Positions 1 through 10,621 of a DNA stretch of 64,000 bases are shown in pieces (the first letter of the stretch is position 1; each line of letters opens with the position of its first letter). Origin of the DNA: Candidatus Latescibacterota bacterium (GTDB taxonomy: Bacteria; Latescibacterota; UBA2968; UBA8231); contig OZ242005.1 of assembly GCA_965204725.1 (NCBI GenBank), positions 32,001 through 96,000 on the forward strand, read 5' to 3'. The position numbers and the translations under genes were made by a program. A model generated the notes under the pieces. The model saw nothing but the letters and a program-made list of their open reading frames with translations. It was not told where the DNA came from and made no database searches.

Positions 1-2110
1 CCTTCAGTCCGACCTTTGCCGGCGCAAAGTCGCCCGAGTCCATGCCTTCATCCGTCTGCATACGCTGAAACATACGAAAGGCTTGGGCGGCGATCTCGGC
101 GCGTTCCTCAATGCCCGGTAGAGCCAACTGCTTGATTAGGTCGCCACTCAGCATCTGTTGGATTTCCCCCAGCGAAGTAAATCCAACCAAGGTATTGCCG
201 GCGCGGATGTTGAAATCAATGTCCGGCAGCGGCTCGATCTGGTCGTAGGTCTTCAACTGAGCGACTAACTTGAGAAACAAACGCAGCTTACATATCTCGA
301 CCGCCTCTTCCATAATGTCCACGCCATACAGATTGTTGAGCACGATAGACTTGAGGATGAAATACCGGGTGCTGGGATGCTTCTTGACCTTCTCTAAAAC
401 GTCCCTGAAGTCGCTGAGTGCTTTTGGATGATGAGGCCGCTCGGTCCGCTCAAGATCGTTGCGGAAGCCCTGCATTCCTTCCAGACATGCCGTGTAGAGC
501 GGTTCAAGGATGTTTAGCGCGGCGAACAGGAACGCGCCAGAGCCGCACGTGGGATCGAGCACGGACACATCGCGCATCCCATGCCAAAACGCACGCAGAA
601 GCTCCGGCCCTTCGCTCTGGACGATGACATCCTTTGCGAACTGTTCGATGTCCAAGTTCAGAGTGATGAGGTCGTTGACGTCTTGAACCTTGCCCGAGGC
701 GAGTTGTTCACGGACTTCGGCGTGTCGCTGGCGGCGGGCCACCACCTCGCGCCAAGTTTCGGTAGGCAGCGCGTATTCATCAGCAGCCGGACTGTTCCAT
801 TCACCTCGCTTGGACACATCATCGATTCCTGCGGCTATCTCCTCCGGTAGCTCAATGGGCCGTTCTAAACGCTCGGGATCGACATCCGGTGAGTATCTCC
901 AAGCTACTCCGTGCGCCACAGCGGGGTAGATATACAGATCGGGGTCGTCCTGCAAGAGCCTCCACACGCCGCCACCCGGCGAGAACACCACCGGGCATTT
1001 CTTCTTTGCAGCATCGAAGAGGAATGGGATGACCGTGTTTCGGGTGATATAGCCGGTGATGTCCTCCTTGGTATAATAGGCCCCCATCTGCTTCTGGTTG
1101 ATGTACTTCTCGAAGATGTATCCGAGAACGTCGGGATTGATCTCGTTGTCTTCCCTGCGAGGCCGCTCGTCTAGGTGCCAGCGGTAGCCCTCAAAGAAGG
1201 TGAACACCCTCTCGAATGCCTCGTCCGGGATACTGATGTCGGGGTTGTCCCGCTCCAAATCGTGAACATCGAACAGGCCGCCGTTGAGGAACGGCACCTT
1301 GCCCAGCAACTCGGCTAGCTCGGGTGCCCTTTCGGATTCCGGCTGTCCCAGCCCTTCGTGGAACAGCCGTAGCAGGAAAATGCGATAGAACTGTTGGAAC
1401 TGCCCGGCCCCCGTCTTCTGCTGTACCATGCGCAGACGGTTGCGGAGGTAGTCGGTGTCATCATCAAGGAAACCCTGCTTCTGGACGAAGTAGATGAACA
1501 TCATACGGTTGAGCATCAAGGATGCGTACCACTCCCTGCCCCCCTGCTCAGCGATGCCATTGATGAAGCCTTGGAATGCGTCGAGTTCTTGCCTGAATCG
1601 CTCGTAGAACTGCTTGGTGACCTTTTCGACATCCATCGCCTGCTTAACCCGTGACGCGACCTTGGCGACGCCGAGACTCTCTTCCTCGTCGAGGCTAAAC
1701 GCGATTTCCCGAAGGCTTTGTAGGAAAGGATCGCCCTGCTGGCTGCTGTGATACTGTTGCTCGCGGCAGGCGTCGGGCTTGCCACTCTCTCGCCTGACCC
1801 ACTGCCTGACCAGTGAGGTGTGTTCGGCATCGACAAAGATGATAATATGCTCGAACGCCAGCTTGGCGACTCGGCGTTCTATCTTTCGTCTGATCGGGTA
1901 CGGCGGGACTAAACCGTCGGCATCCGCGCCGCAGACATAGACGACGTAACTGGCCTTCTCCGCCACAGGCTCCAGCGCGTAGTCATGCCCATCCAGCGAA
2001 ATCTGTACTGGTTCGGCCTCGTAGTGGTTCCACCCTAAGCCTTCCACGAAGAGGCCTCGGAAGTCGAAGCTATGGAGGTATGGACGGAGTTGATCGATAG
2101 TCACTTGCAT
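1..2110 (-). CDS. Eco57I-like / type IIG N6-adenine DNA methyltransferase (restriction-modification), 3' end beyond the window
   Basis: Hand translation from ATG 2110 gives MQVTIDQLRPYLHSFDFRGLFVEGLGW. In-frame SAM motif I VLDPTCGSGAFL (~540-565), then LNNLYGVDIMEEAVEICKLRLFLKL and PLPDIDFNIRAGNTLVG. Absent from the ORF track, consistent with no stop before the window edge. The start overlaps the upstream stop (TGATG). Confidence 0.9.
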   Translation of the reverse strand, partial: MQVTIDQLRPYLHSFDFRGLFVEGLGWNHYEAEPVQISLDGHDYALEPVAEKASYVVYVCGADADGLVPPYPIRRKIERRVAKLAFEHIIIFVDAEHTSLVRQWVRRESGKPDACREQQYHSSQQGDPFLQSLREIAFSLDEEESLGVAKVASRVKQAMDVEKVTKQFYERFRQELDAFQGFINGIAEQGGREWYASLMLNRMMFIYFVQKQGFLDDDTDYLRNRLRMVQQKTGAGQFQQFYRIFLLRLFHEGLGQPESERAPELAELLGKVPFLNGGLFDVHDLERDNPDISIPDEAFERVFTFFEGYRWHLDERPRREDNEINPDVLGYIFEKYINQKQMGAYYTKEDITGYITRNTVIPFLFDAAKKKCPVVFSPGGGVWRLLQDDPDLYIYPAVAHGVAWRYSPDVDPERLERPIELPEEIAAGIDDVSKRGEWNSPAADEYALPTETWREVVARRQRHAEVREQLASGKVQDVNDLITLNLDIEQFAKDVIVQSEGPELLRAFWHGMRDVSVLDPTCGSGAFLFAALNILEPLYTACLEGMQGFRNDLERTERPHHPKALSDFRDVLEKVKKHPSTRYFILKSIVLNNLYGVDIMEEAVEICKLRLFLKLVAQLKTYDQIEPLPDIDFNIRAGNTLVGFTSLGEIQQMLSGDLIKQLALPGIEERAEIAAQAFRMFQRMQTDEGMDSGDFAPAKVGLK

Positions 2111-4408
2111 CAGGCACCCTCTCTGTCTGTGTCAAAGAGTCCCAAGGAGCAGATGATTCGCGGTTCTTGGACCTCAGCGGTGTCCCTGTCAGTTACGCAC
2201 AGCCGGTCATCATTCCGCAAGGTAATGACTATATCGGCAAGTTGAGCGTTGTCAATCCCACTGCGGAGTTGCCGATTTAAGGTATCAACTGCCGACTGGC
2301 GAAGGGGATGCCGGTAGATGTCGTCGAGAGCCTTGTGTAATGCGTCAGTGTCAAACAACTGGCCCTCAATGTCGTCCGCGTACTGTTTGAGCCGGGTATA
2401 GGTGCGGAACCGTGCGCCGGAGGGCTGCCCAAGCTGACCGCCAACTCTCTTCTCCACCTTTGCGATGTGCTTGACACCATCGGCGACGAGTTGGTGGTGG
2501 CTATCGTGATGAGGCTGCGCGGAGATTTCCGGCCTGCACTCTGCGGCGGAGAGGATTTCGAGTTGGGATTCGGTGATGCTCTCGCCGTTTCTGCCCACAG
2601 CACCTTCTTGTCTGGCAAGGTCTCTGTCAGGAGCTTCTGGAGAGCTTTCAGCTTGGCATCGTGCGCTGGGTTCCAATTTCCATATCTCTGGAGCACCTGT
2701 AGGAGGGCGTCGATGTCCGACTGGAGATCGGCCTCTAGTGCCTTGCCGAAAAGGTCGGGACGGAACCAGCTAAAGCGTTTTTTGTAGCGTTTTGAATACT
2801 CTGCGTACACTTCGGCGGCCCGAGTCTCAAAATCGGATACAGTCCAAGAACCCATGCCTGTCGATTCCGAATCGCTGACCTCGATTTCCTGCTGGTCGTC
2901 GTCAGGGTCGAACATGCTTCCTTGAGCTTCGTCAACATCGGAGTCGGTAAACCTAGAATCAAGCATTTCGGCATCCTGTGTACCGATCGGTAGCGGAAGG
3001 CCATTTCGGATTGCATGAAGGAATACGTAGTTCCGCAGGATGTGACGATCCACAGACTGCAAGAAGGCCCAGCCACTGCTTTCGAGACGCTTGAACAGAT
3101 TTATCCGGCAGAATCCTATGAGTCGTTTCCCTGCTCGAGAGAGATTCTGGATCTGCTGTTTCTCCGTTGAAGACGGGGGAATCGCCGGTGAATCAGCCAC
3201 GTACGTACCTAGTCCGTATCGCGGCAGACTCAACGCACCGATAACGTCAACCACAGCTTGGGAGTATAGCTTGGCGTACCGATCTGTAGGGTCAGACTCG
3301 TCAATGGTGAACTTGATGGTCTTAGGAACGCGAGTTGGGAAGAACGACTTGCTTCCGTCCTCGTAGGTCAGGTACTTCCGACCTGTCTCGGTCTCGACTT
3401 CGGCGTAGTTGTCTTGGATGAAGCTGCGCGTCCGTCGCACCATGTACAAGCGCATCAGGTCACGCCAATCATCGGCGTACGTACTAAATTCAAAAGCCGC
3501 AAGCGTTCGCGGATTCGCTTGGTGCGTAGCACTAAAATTGACCACGCCCATGTCTCTAAGGAGCTTCTCTGGGCGGACGCCAAGATCCTGCTCTCCATCG
3601 ACGAAGAGGCGTAGCTGGCTGGACAAGTCGAGATAGGTCTTGTTATACGGAGTCGCCGATAGCAAGATGCACTTGCTGTCGTTCTCTTGGATGTATTCCT
3701 GTATCGCTCGGTATCGCTTGCCGCTTCTGTTGCGGAGGTTGTGGCTCTCATCAATGAGAACCAGCCGATAACGGCGGAGCTTGGGCAACTCGCCGATTAC
3801 TCTGCTGAGCGAGAGAACTCGTGCCCTTAGACGGTACTGGTGTGCGTAATCCTCCCACATGCTCACGAGATTCTTCGGGCAGATTATCAGTGTTTCCAGT
3901 CCGTAGTCGTCCTCGAAGATACGGGCGACCGCCGTGGCCATCAGCGTCTTGCCAAGCCCAACCACATCGCCGATCAGGACGCCATTGCGCTTGTTCAGGT
4001 GATGGGCCGCTATCTTCACTGCGGCTGTCTGGAAGTCGAACATGCGGTTGCCGAAGTCCCGGGGAATCTTGAACTCAGCGAGGCCCGCACGAGCCTCGTG
4101 AGACAAGTGATAGGCCATTTTGAGATAGACCCAGTACGGTGGTATCAGATCCGGCCGTGCCCAACTCTCCTCGATAACTTTGATCAACTCTTCGGTGATG
4201 TCCATGCAGAACTTATCGGTCCACCTATCCTCGAACCACTTGCTCAGCTTTTTGCAGGCGTCTTGATCGAGCACATCTACGTTCAGTTCACCTTGGCTCG
4301 GTTGAAGTATCCGACGCAGAAGTCTGCGTGGTCGGATAGCCCCAGAGTCGTCTGGAGAACGGGCAGAAGTCTGGAGTCAGGCGTCAGGTTGTCGAGAATT
4401 TGCGGCAT
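2110..4408 (-). pseudogene. PLD-SNF2 helicase of an RM locus, disrupted by two internal deletions with frameshifts
   Basis: N-terminus MPQILDNL...ADFCVGYFN (ATG 4408) joins out of frame to SQGELNVDVLD, with no HKD PLD core. The SNF2 N lobe is present (GDVVGLGKT, IDESHN, LLSATP). At LPDKKVL the sequence jumps out of frame to VGRNGESITESQ, so helicase-C motifs are absent. The C-terminal tail ends at 2110. Confidence 0.8.
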
Positions 4409-4425
4409 GGCTTGGGCTGTCCCGA

Positions 4426-5319
4426 CTAGTCGCCTAGATCGTTGGCCTGCAACCGCGCCGGCACCCCCACTGGCACGCCGCCGCGACACACCACCGGAAA
4501 GTGCGGGCCGGCCTCGGCCATGGGCGCGCCGTCGGGCAAATCGACGAACTGCTTCATAAGGTGCTCGCCGCTTTGGTCAAAGCGCGCCGCGCCGGTCATG
4601 TAGTGGATGGCAATGGCGCGCCGGGGCCGGTGCGACTGATTGAAGGGCGAGCCGTGCCAAGTCAGGGAATGATGGAAGGAGACTTCCCCGCGCATCACCG
4701 ACCACGGCCGGGCCTCCACCTCGTCAATCTCAGCGTCGGCGGGCGGGGTAAAGCCCTGTAAGTCCTTGAAGTTTTCCAACAGCGACAAATTGCCCTGCGT
4801 GCGCAAAAACGCAATCTGGTTGCCCCACTTGTGGCTACCGGGCACCATCCACATGCAGCCGTTGTCCTCGGTCGCGTCGTCCAAGGGAATCCACGCCGAG
4901 ACCGGCGTCATCGGCTTGATAATGGGCCACAAGGGCGCGTCTTGATGCCAGTGGGTTGAGCCGCCGTAGCGGGCGGGTTTGTACTGAATCTGGTCGTGCC
5001 AGACCATGAGGTCGTCATGGCCGGTGAGCTGGCTGATCCCGCGGACGACGGCCGGGTGGTAAATCAGCCGCTCCCAAGCCGGCGCGGCTTCCCAGATATT
5101 GACAATCTGCCACACCGGATGTTCGCTGACGCCGGCCCCGCCGGCTAGGTCGCGGAAGGATACCGGCTGCGCCTCGCTTGGGGCAAAGCCGTCCGGGCCT
5201 TTGGTTAAAATTTCGTCGAGCGCGTCGCTCAGTTCGCCTAATTCCTCGTCGGCGAGTACGCGCCCGCCGTTGAGAAAGCCGTTGCGGTGGAATGCGTCAA
5301 TCTGTGCTTGCGCGAGCAT
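4426..5319 (-). CDS. Phytanoyl-CoA dioxygenase (PhyH) family Fe(II)/2OG oxygenase
   Basis: Start MLAQAQIDAFHRNGFL; HWHQD (HxD) and distal HSLTWHGS motifs; DDATEDNGCMW. Confidence 0.9.
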   Translation of the reverse strand: MLAQAQIDAFHRNGFLNGGRVLADEELGELSDALDEILTKGPDGFAPSEAQPVSFRDLAGGAGVSEHPVWQIVNIWEAAPAWERLIYHPAVVRGISQLTGHDDLMVWHDQIQYKPARYGGSTHWHQDAPLWPIIKPMTPVSAWIPLDDATEDNGCMWMVPGSHKWGNQIAFLRTQGNLSLLENFKDLQGFTPPADAEIDEVEARPWSVMRGEVSFHHSLTWHGSPFNQSHRPRRAIAIHYMTGAARFDQSGEHLMKQFVDLPDGAPMAEAGPHFPVVCRGGVPVGVPARLQANDLGD

Positions 5320-5345
5320 GGTCCATCCTTTCGGGGTAAAGCGTT

Positions 5346-7835
5346 TTACTGCATTCGCCGGAGCAGTTCGCCCCGAGCCTCGTTGAACAGGCCAATCAGC
5401 CGCTGGCGGATCGCCTCGTCGCGGAAGACGCCCATCCTTTCGGCCCAAGCGATGCCGCCTTCGAGGTGCGTCAGCAGATAATGGCCCTCGGCCGGCACAA
5501 AGGCGCAGCGCCGACCCACGTCGATGTAAATCGGCGAGGAATGGGCCATCACCGGGCCGGCGTCCGTGTGATGCGGCCCCCAGCAGCGAGCCGCAACCCA
5601 GCAGGAGCGCTCGGCCTTGAGCTTGAACCTCAGCTCGATCTGCCGGGCGGCCGGGGCGGCGACCTCGCGCGCCACAGACTCGCCATTGCAAATAAGCTCC
5701 AGCCCGGTAAGCGGCCAGACGCTTTCGGCCCTCGCCACGACCTCGACCGTGCCGCCGGTGCCGGGCAGGTGAATTTCCTCGCCCATCTCCCGGCCTTCGA
5801 CCTGTAGGTCGATCATCGCGCCGGTGCTGGCAAACGCTTGGCCGCGGCGCACGGCTTGGCACCAGTTGTCAAAGGTAAATTCCTCGCCGTCGCGCAGCTT
5901 GATGTACGTGCGCGAACCGCCCAAAATGCGGCCGTTGGACATCTTGTCGGTGCCGCCGACAAGCGGCAGCTTCTGGCCCACATTGAGCCAACGGTAGTAC
6001 CCCCGCTCGGCCGAACTGATCTGTTCGCCCTGCCAAATCCAGCACATCTCGCCAGCGTCGGCGTGGCCCAAGACGATGTTGGCCGCGTTTTCAAAATCGG
6101 GCAACGGTATATGCGGCATAACGACCAACCCGCCTTGTTTTTTGCACTCCTCGGCCCAATCGGCCATCAGCGCATCGACCGACCCCCCGACCCAATCCTC
6201 GCTGGCACCGCCGGTGCAGATGGGCGCGACCAGTTCCTTGAGCCCGAGCAGGCTGATGTGGCCGAGCACATGCTGCCGGTTTTCTTGGCTGACCCAAACC
6301 AAGTGATTGTCGCTGCTAGTCGGGGCCAAGCCGCCGGTAAACTCCTCCCACGAGGTAAAGAGCCGGCCCCACTGGCTGACCAACAGATGCACCACGTTGA
6401 GATCCTCGCCCTCGGCCTCTAAGTGGGCCGACTGGGACGAGAGGAAATGCACGTGGGTATCCCCCGAATAGTAGCCGCGCTGCTTCATGTCAAAGGCGCG
6501 TTTGATCTTGAGCGTCAGGGCGCGCTGACCGGGCTTGATCTCAACGCGCTGGCGCAGCGGCTGGTACTCAAAGCCGCGCACTACCTCGGCGTACACCGGG
6601 CCGATGGGCAAGTCGATCTGGCAGGTACCGTCGATATAGGCGTAGGGCACTCCCCCGGTCTTGCAATCGCCGCCCATGTCCTCAAACCACGCCACATTGA
6701 CGTCGGCTTGGTGACCGTGCGGGGCCAGATAGGCTCCGTGCTCCGAGCGGAAGTGGACGCGGGTTCCCACCGGCTGGCCGGTATCCGCGTCCTCAACCCG
6801 CACGTGGACCCACTGCTTGCCGGTGGGTGCGACGACCTCGATCCGCACTTTGCCTTGGGCGACCTTCTTCTCTTTGAGCACTTCGCCCCAGCAGACGCGC
6901 TCTTCGATGTCGTCTCCGGCCTTGATGGCGAGCTGACCTGCGGCTGAGCCGTGGATTTCCAGATAGCCACCGGCGACCGTCTCCCCGCTGCCTCGTCCCC
7001 AGCCGGCCTCCGCGGAGGAGAGGAAGTCTGCGCTCGGCACCCACAGTTGATCGCGGCGCACGATCTCGCCGCGCTCCATCGCCACTTCGGGCACTCCTTC
7101 GGCATCGACCCGCAGGGCCACCTCCTGCCGCGCCGGCCAAGCAAACGGATCGCCCTCTTCGTGGCAGAGCGTAAGGCCGGCCAACGCGAGTGCCGTCGGG
7201 CTAGCGGCCGACACCACGACCGCTGCAATCTCCTCGTCGGGCGCGGGATTTTCCCAGTCGTAGAGCCACCAGCCTTGGAGGTCGCTACCCTCGCGGGTAA
7301 AAGCCCCGGTCTGCACCATGCCATAGCCGTGCTCGCGGCTGTCCAGCGGCACGGAGTGGAAGTGGCGGCAATTGCGGCAGAGAAAGGGATGGTGCCCCCA
7401 AGGCACCTGCACGTCGTGGATTTCAAAGCGGCGGCGCAGCCGCTGCTCGACAGAACTGCCATCGGCATAGAGGACGCGATAGGTTCCGATCTCCTCGCCC
7501 GTGCCTTCAACCGTGGGCGAGGCCCCCGGCACCGGCGCACAAGCGTGGGCGTAGAGGATGCGACGCGCCTTGGCGTTTATCGGAATCTCCGCCGACGCAC
7601 TCACCGCGCCCCCGGCCTTTTGCGCGACCAACACCACGGCCTTGGCCGCCCCTGCGGCTGCCAAGCGAAAGGGCACCCCCCAAAACGGCTGCTCGCCCCA
7701 AGGCAGCCCCACGAGCGGGGTGTGGTCGGGCGCGTCATCGGGCGCCGGCCACAGCTTGCCCTCTTCGGACTCAACGTTGCCGACGCCGGCGTTATAAACC
7801 GCACTCATGTCCAACGGCACAAACGAGTCGCTCAT
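5346..7835 (-). CDS. CehA/McbA-family (PHP-like) metallohydrolase
   Basis: 829 aa; YSGDTHVH, ENRQHVLGH and GGTDKM motifs; paralogue of the adjacent gene. Confidence 0.8.
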   Translation of the reverse strand: MSDSFVPLDMSAVYNAGVGNVESEEGKLWPAPDDAPDHTPLVGLPWGEQPFWGVPFRLAAAGAAKAVVLVAQKAGGAVSASAEIPINAKARRILYAHACAPVPGASPTVEGTGEEIGTYRVLYADGSSVEQRLRRRFEIHDVQVPWGHHPFLCRNCRHFHSVPLDSREHGYGMVQTGAFTREGSDLQGWWLYDWENPAPDEEIAAVVVSAASPTALALAGLTLCHEEGDPFAWPARQEVALRVDAEGVPEVAMERGEIVRRDQLWVPSADFLSSAEAGWGRGSGETVAGGYLEIHGSAAGQLAIKAGDDIEERVCWGEVLKEKKVAQGKVRIEVVAPTGKQWVHVRVEDADTGQPVGTRVHFRSEHGAYLAPHGHQADVNVAWFEDMGGDCKTGGVPYAYIDGTCQIDLPIGPVYAEVVRGFEYQPLRQRVEIKPGQRALTLKIKRAFDMKQRGYYSGDTHVHFLSSQSAHLEAEGEDLNVVHLLVSQWGRLFTSWEEFTGGLAPTSSDNHLVWVSQENRQHVLGHISLLGLKELVAPICTGGASEDWVGGSVDALMADWAEECKKQGGLVVMPHIPLPDFENAANIVLGHADAGEMCWIWQGEQISSAERGYYRWLNVGQKLPLVGGTDKMSNGRILGGSRTYIKLRDGEEFTFDNWCQAVRRGQAFASTGAMIDLQVEGREMGEEIHLPGTGGTVEVVARAESVWPLTGLELICNGESVAREVAAPAARQIELRFKLKAERSCWVAARCWGPHHTDAGPVMAHSSPIYIDVGRRCAFVPAEGHYLLTHLEGGIAWAERMGVFRDEAIRQRLIGLFNEARGELLRRMQ

Positions 7836-7904
7836 TACAACTTCCTTTCTAGGAGTGAAGGGCCGCTCAATATATTCCGGCCATTATCCCCAAACAAGAC
7901 GGCC

Positions 7905-10388
7905 TCAATGCGGCACCCCCAATTGGTGCATCCGGCGGTGGATCGCCTCCCGCGCTTGGTGGAAGGGCCGCTCCAGATAGGCGAAGTGATCCGCCTCGCC
8001 GTGGTGGTGCGTGACGTCGTCGCGCAGATGCTGGCGGCTGTTGTGGCGGATATAGTGCAGCGAGCCTTCCACCAAGGTCAGCATGTACTGAGCCGTCTCT
8101 TGGTTGAACATCCACCACTCTCCACCGCAGGCCAGATACACCGGCGAAGTATGTGCCATGATCCCCCGGCCCCAGCCGTCGAAGTGCGGCACGCTCTGCT
8201 CGTAGCCCGGGCCGCTGCACCGCGCCGCTAGCCACGAGTGCCCCTCCACCTGTACCTCGGCCCGCAGGAGCAACTTGCGCGTCCCCTTGGCATCCTCGGT
8301 TGAGGCTACCACCCGCCCCTCCTGTACCACTTCCAAGGTGTGGATTGGCACCACCGACTCGGCCTCGGCGACCACCTCCACAGTGCCGCCATTGCCCGGC
8401 AGCCGCACGGTGTCCCCTATTTCGTGGCCATCGACGCTGAAGCGGAGCAGCGGGCCACCGCTGTGGAAAGTGCGGCCGGCGGCCATGTACTTACACCAGT
8501 TGGCGTAGGTAAACGGCTCGTCTTGGGGGATTTGCACGTAGGTGCGATAGATCCCCACCGGCACATCGCTGCTCATTTTGTCGGTGCCGCCGACCAACGG
8601 CAGCTTGTACCCGCAATTGAGATAGCGGTAGTACTCGCCGTGCATGTACATCCCGTGTCGGAGCATCTCCACGGCGTCGGCGCGCCCCGTGGCAATCAGA
8701 GCGGCCGGCTCGCCGTTGGGGCTGGGCAAATGCGGGATCACCACGCTGCCGCCCTGCGCTCGGCAGCGGTCGGCCCACTCGGCCATGGGCACTTCAAGCG
8801 TCCCGCCCAGCTCGGCCTCGCCCGGCCCGTCCGAGCACCAAGGCATCACCGGCTCCTTCAGCCCCATGAGGATCAGATGCCCCAAAAAGTGCTGCCTGTT
8901 CTCTTGGGACACATAGACAATATGCTCGCCGTTGGCCGTGGCCATTTCGCTGCCGGTAAATTCCTCGGTATTGGTAAACAGCCCGCCCCACTGAGATTGC
9001 AGGAGGTTGACCACGTTCAAATCCTCGCCCTGCGCCTCGGTGAGGCTGCCTTGTGCCGACAGGAAATGCACGTGCGAGTCGCCGCTGTACCAGCCTTCCT
9101 CGTTCATCGGACGCCAGCGCTTCAACCGCAACTCCAAGGTGCGCTGGCCGGGCGCGATCGCCACTTTGGTCCGCAGCGGCTCGTACTCGTAGCCACGCGC
9201 CACATCCACGATCACCTCGCCGCGCGGCAGCCAGCCTTGGCAAGTGCCGTCGATGTACGAATAGGTGATCTGCCCCAAGCGCACATCGCCGCCTACATCG
9301 ACGTGCCAAGTCCCCATGTTGGAGTTGACGTGGGCGTGATGGCCGTGGGGGGCGTAGGGAATGCCCTCTGGCGAGCGGAAGTGAACGCGACAGGGCACAG
9401 GTTGGCCGGTGGCGTCGTCGATGACCTTGGTATGCACCCAGTTGCGGCCGCGCTCCACCACTTCCAAGCGCACCCGAGGCGATGCCTCTACGCAGCCCTG
9501 TTGCCGCACCTTTTCCCAGCGGGCCTCGCCCAAAACCTCTCCGTCTCGCTTGACTTGCACGGTGGCCGAAGGATTGGCGGCGATTTCCACGTAGGCGGGG
9601 CTGCTGCCCTCGTTTTGGGCTTCGCCCCAGCCTTTGCGCCCTCTGAGAAACTCCTCGCCCGTTGCTTCCGGCAACGGATAGGGATAGGTCGCAACGCCCC
9701 GATCGACTTCCACTTCGAGTGCGGCAGACGCCCGCGCGTCCTCCGCGCGCGGCAGCGTGATGATGACCTCGCGTGTGCCTTCGCGGCAGATCGGCTCTTC
9801 GTCCAAGTCGCTCAGAGTGATCCCGCCGATGACAAAGGCCGGTCCCGCGGCCTCGATGGCGATTTTTTCCAAGCGCTTGTCCGGGTGTGGATTCGGCCAC
9901 GCCCAGAGCACGAAATGCTGGGCGCGCCCGGCATCGACCTCGGTCTGGCGTCGCCCGACCATGTCCCACGGGCCTTCGGTGCGCGGCAAGAGCCGATCGC
10001 TCGTATCCGGCACCGCCACAAACGGCGCGCCGCCATAGGCCGACGGCACGGTCGAGATTTCAAAGCGGTCGCGCACGGGCACCCTGAGCACCTCTTGGCC
10101 CTCGTAGTGCAGCGCGTATTCAGCGATCGGCGTCGCCAGCGGCCCGTTGTCCGCGATCCGCGACTCCAACAGGCGATGCGCCACAATCATCCACGTCGCT
10201 GGCCGCCCGACCGGGATTTCCACGCCAAGCCGCTCCCCCCCACAGGCGATCAGACAGCGGTTGGCATCGCTGCCCAGCGCAAACGGCAAGCCGCGCAAGC
10301 ATTGTGCGCCGAGCGGCCCTTGGCCTCCCAAGACATCCAGCCCGGCGTTGAACAGCGCATTCAAATCCAACGGTGTGTAAGTGCCCAT
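7905..10388 (-). CDS. CehA/McbA-family (PHP-like) metallohydrolase
   Basis: 827 aa; YSGDSHVH, ENRQHFLGH, GGTDKM, AHTSPVY; RBS GGAGGGG upstream. Confidence 0.8.
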   Translation of the reverse strand: MGTYTPLDLNALFNAGLDVLGGQGPLGAQCLRGLPFALGSDANRCLIACGGERLGVEIPVGRPATWMIVAHRLLESRIADNGPLATPIAEYALHYEGQEVLRVPVRDRFEISTVPSAYGGAPFVAVPDTSDRLLPRTEGPWDMVGRRQTEVDAGRAQHFVLWAWPNPHPDKRLEKIAIEAAGPAFVIGGITLSDLDEEPICREGTREVIITLPRAEDARASAALEVEVDRGVATYPYPLPEATGEEFLRGRKGWGEAQNEGSSPAYVEIAANPSATVQVKRDGEVLGEARWEKVRQQGCVEASPRVRLEVVERGRNWVHTKVIDDATGQPVPCRVHFRSPEGIPYAPHGHHAHVNSNMGTWHVDVGGDVRLGQITYSYIDGTCQGWLPRGEVIVDVARGYEYEPLRTKVAIAPGQRTLELRLKRWRPMNEEGWYSGDSHVHFLSAQGSLTEAQGEDLNVVNLLQSQWGGLFTNTEEFTGSEMATANGEHIVYVSQENRQHFLGHLILMGLKEPVMPWCSDGPGEAELGGTLEVPMAEWADRCRAQGGSVVIPHLPSPNGEPAALIATGRADAVEMLRHGMYMHGEYYRYLNCGYKLPLVGGTDKMSSDVPVGIYRTYVQIPQDEPFTYANWCKYMAAGRTFHSGGPLLRFSVDGHEIGDTVRLPGNGGTVEVVAEAESVVPIHTLEVVQEGRVVASTEDAKGTRKLLLRAEVQVEGHSWLAARCSGPGYEQSVPHFDGWGRGIMAHTSPVYLACGGEWWMFNQETAQYMLTLVEGSLHYIRHNSRQHLRDDVTHHHGEADHFAYLERPFHQAREAIHRRMHQLGVPH

Positions 10389-10540
10389 AACCCCCTCCTT
10401 TGAAGTTGCCTTGCGAGTAGGCCGATAAAATGGCTTGGGGGACCATCTTTGGCAAAAAAGCGGTCCGCTCGTCGTCTGCGTTTAGAATCCGGCCCCGTGA
10501 AAACGAGGTTATTCCCGTGCTCGGTGATGCAACCGGAATT

Positions 10541-10614
10541 GCTAAAACTAGCAAAATTAGCTAAGTTATCTTTTCATTATAAACTTTATAAACTCTATAA
10601 TTATCCTATAAATT
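10541..10614 (+). promoter_or_regulatory. AT-rich upstream region with phased 9-bp imperfect direct repeats (putative operator)
   Basis: GCTAAAACT-AGCAAAATT-AGCTAAGTT and TTATAAACT-TTATAAACT-CTATAATTA, directly upstream of ATG 10622. Confidence 0.45.
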
Positions 10615-10621
10615 CCCATCT

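Noticed and set aside
2110-4408. Programmed frameshifting in the helicase gene
   Set aside because: Whole domains are missing at both junctions and there are no slippery sites; deletion explains it better.
1-4408. Calling the locus DISARM or BREX
   Set aside because: No drmA/B/C or brx/pgl genes are visible, and the locus is cut by the window edge.
8340-10403. Long antisense ORFs (e.g. 8340-10403, 38580-40358, 56572-58089, 31850-32731)
   Set aside because: Shadow ORFs of GC-rich coding genes on the opposite strand, with no recognisable motifs.
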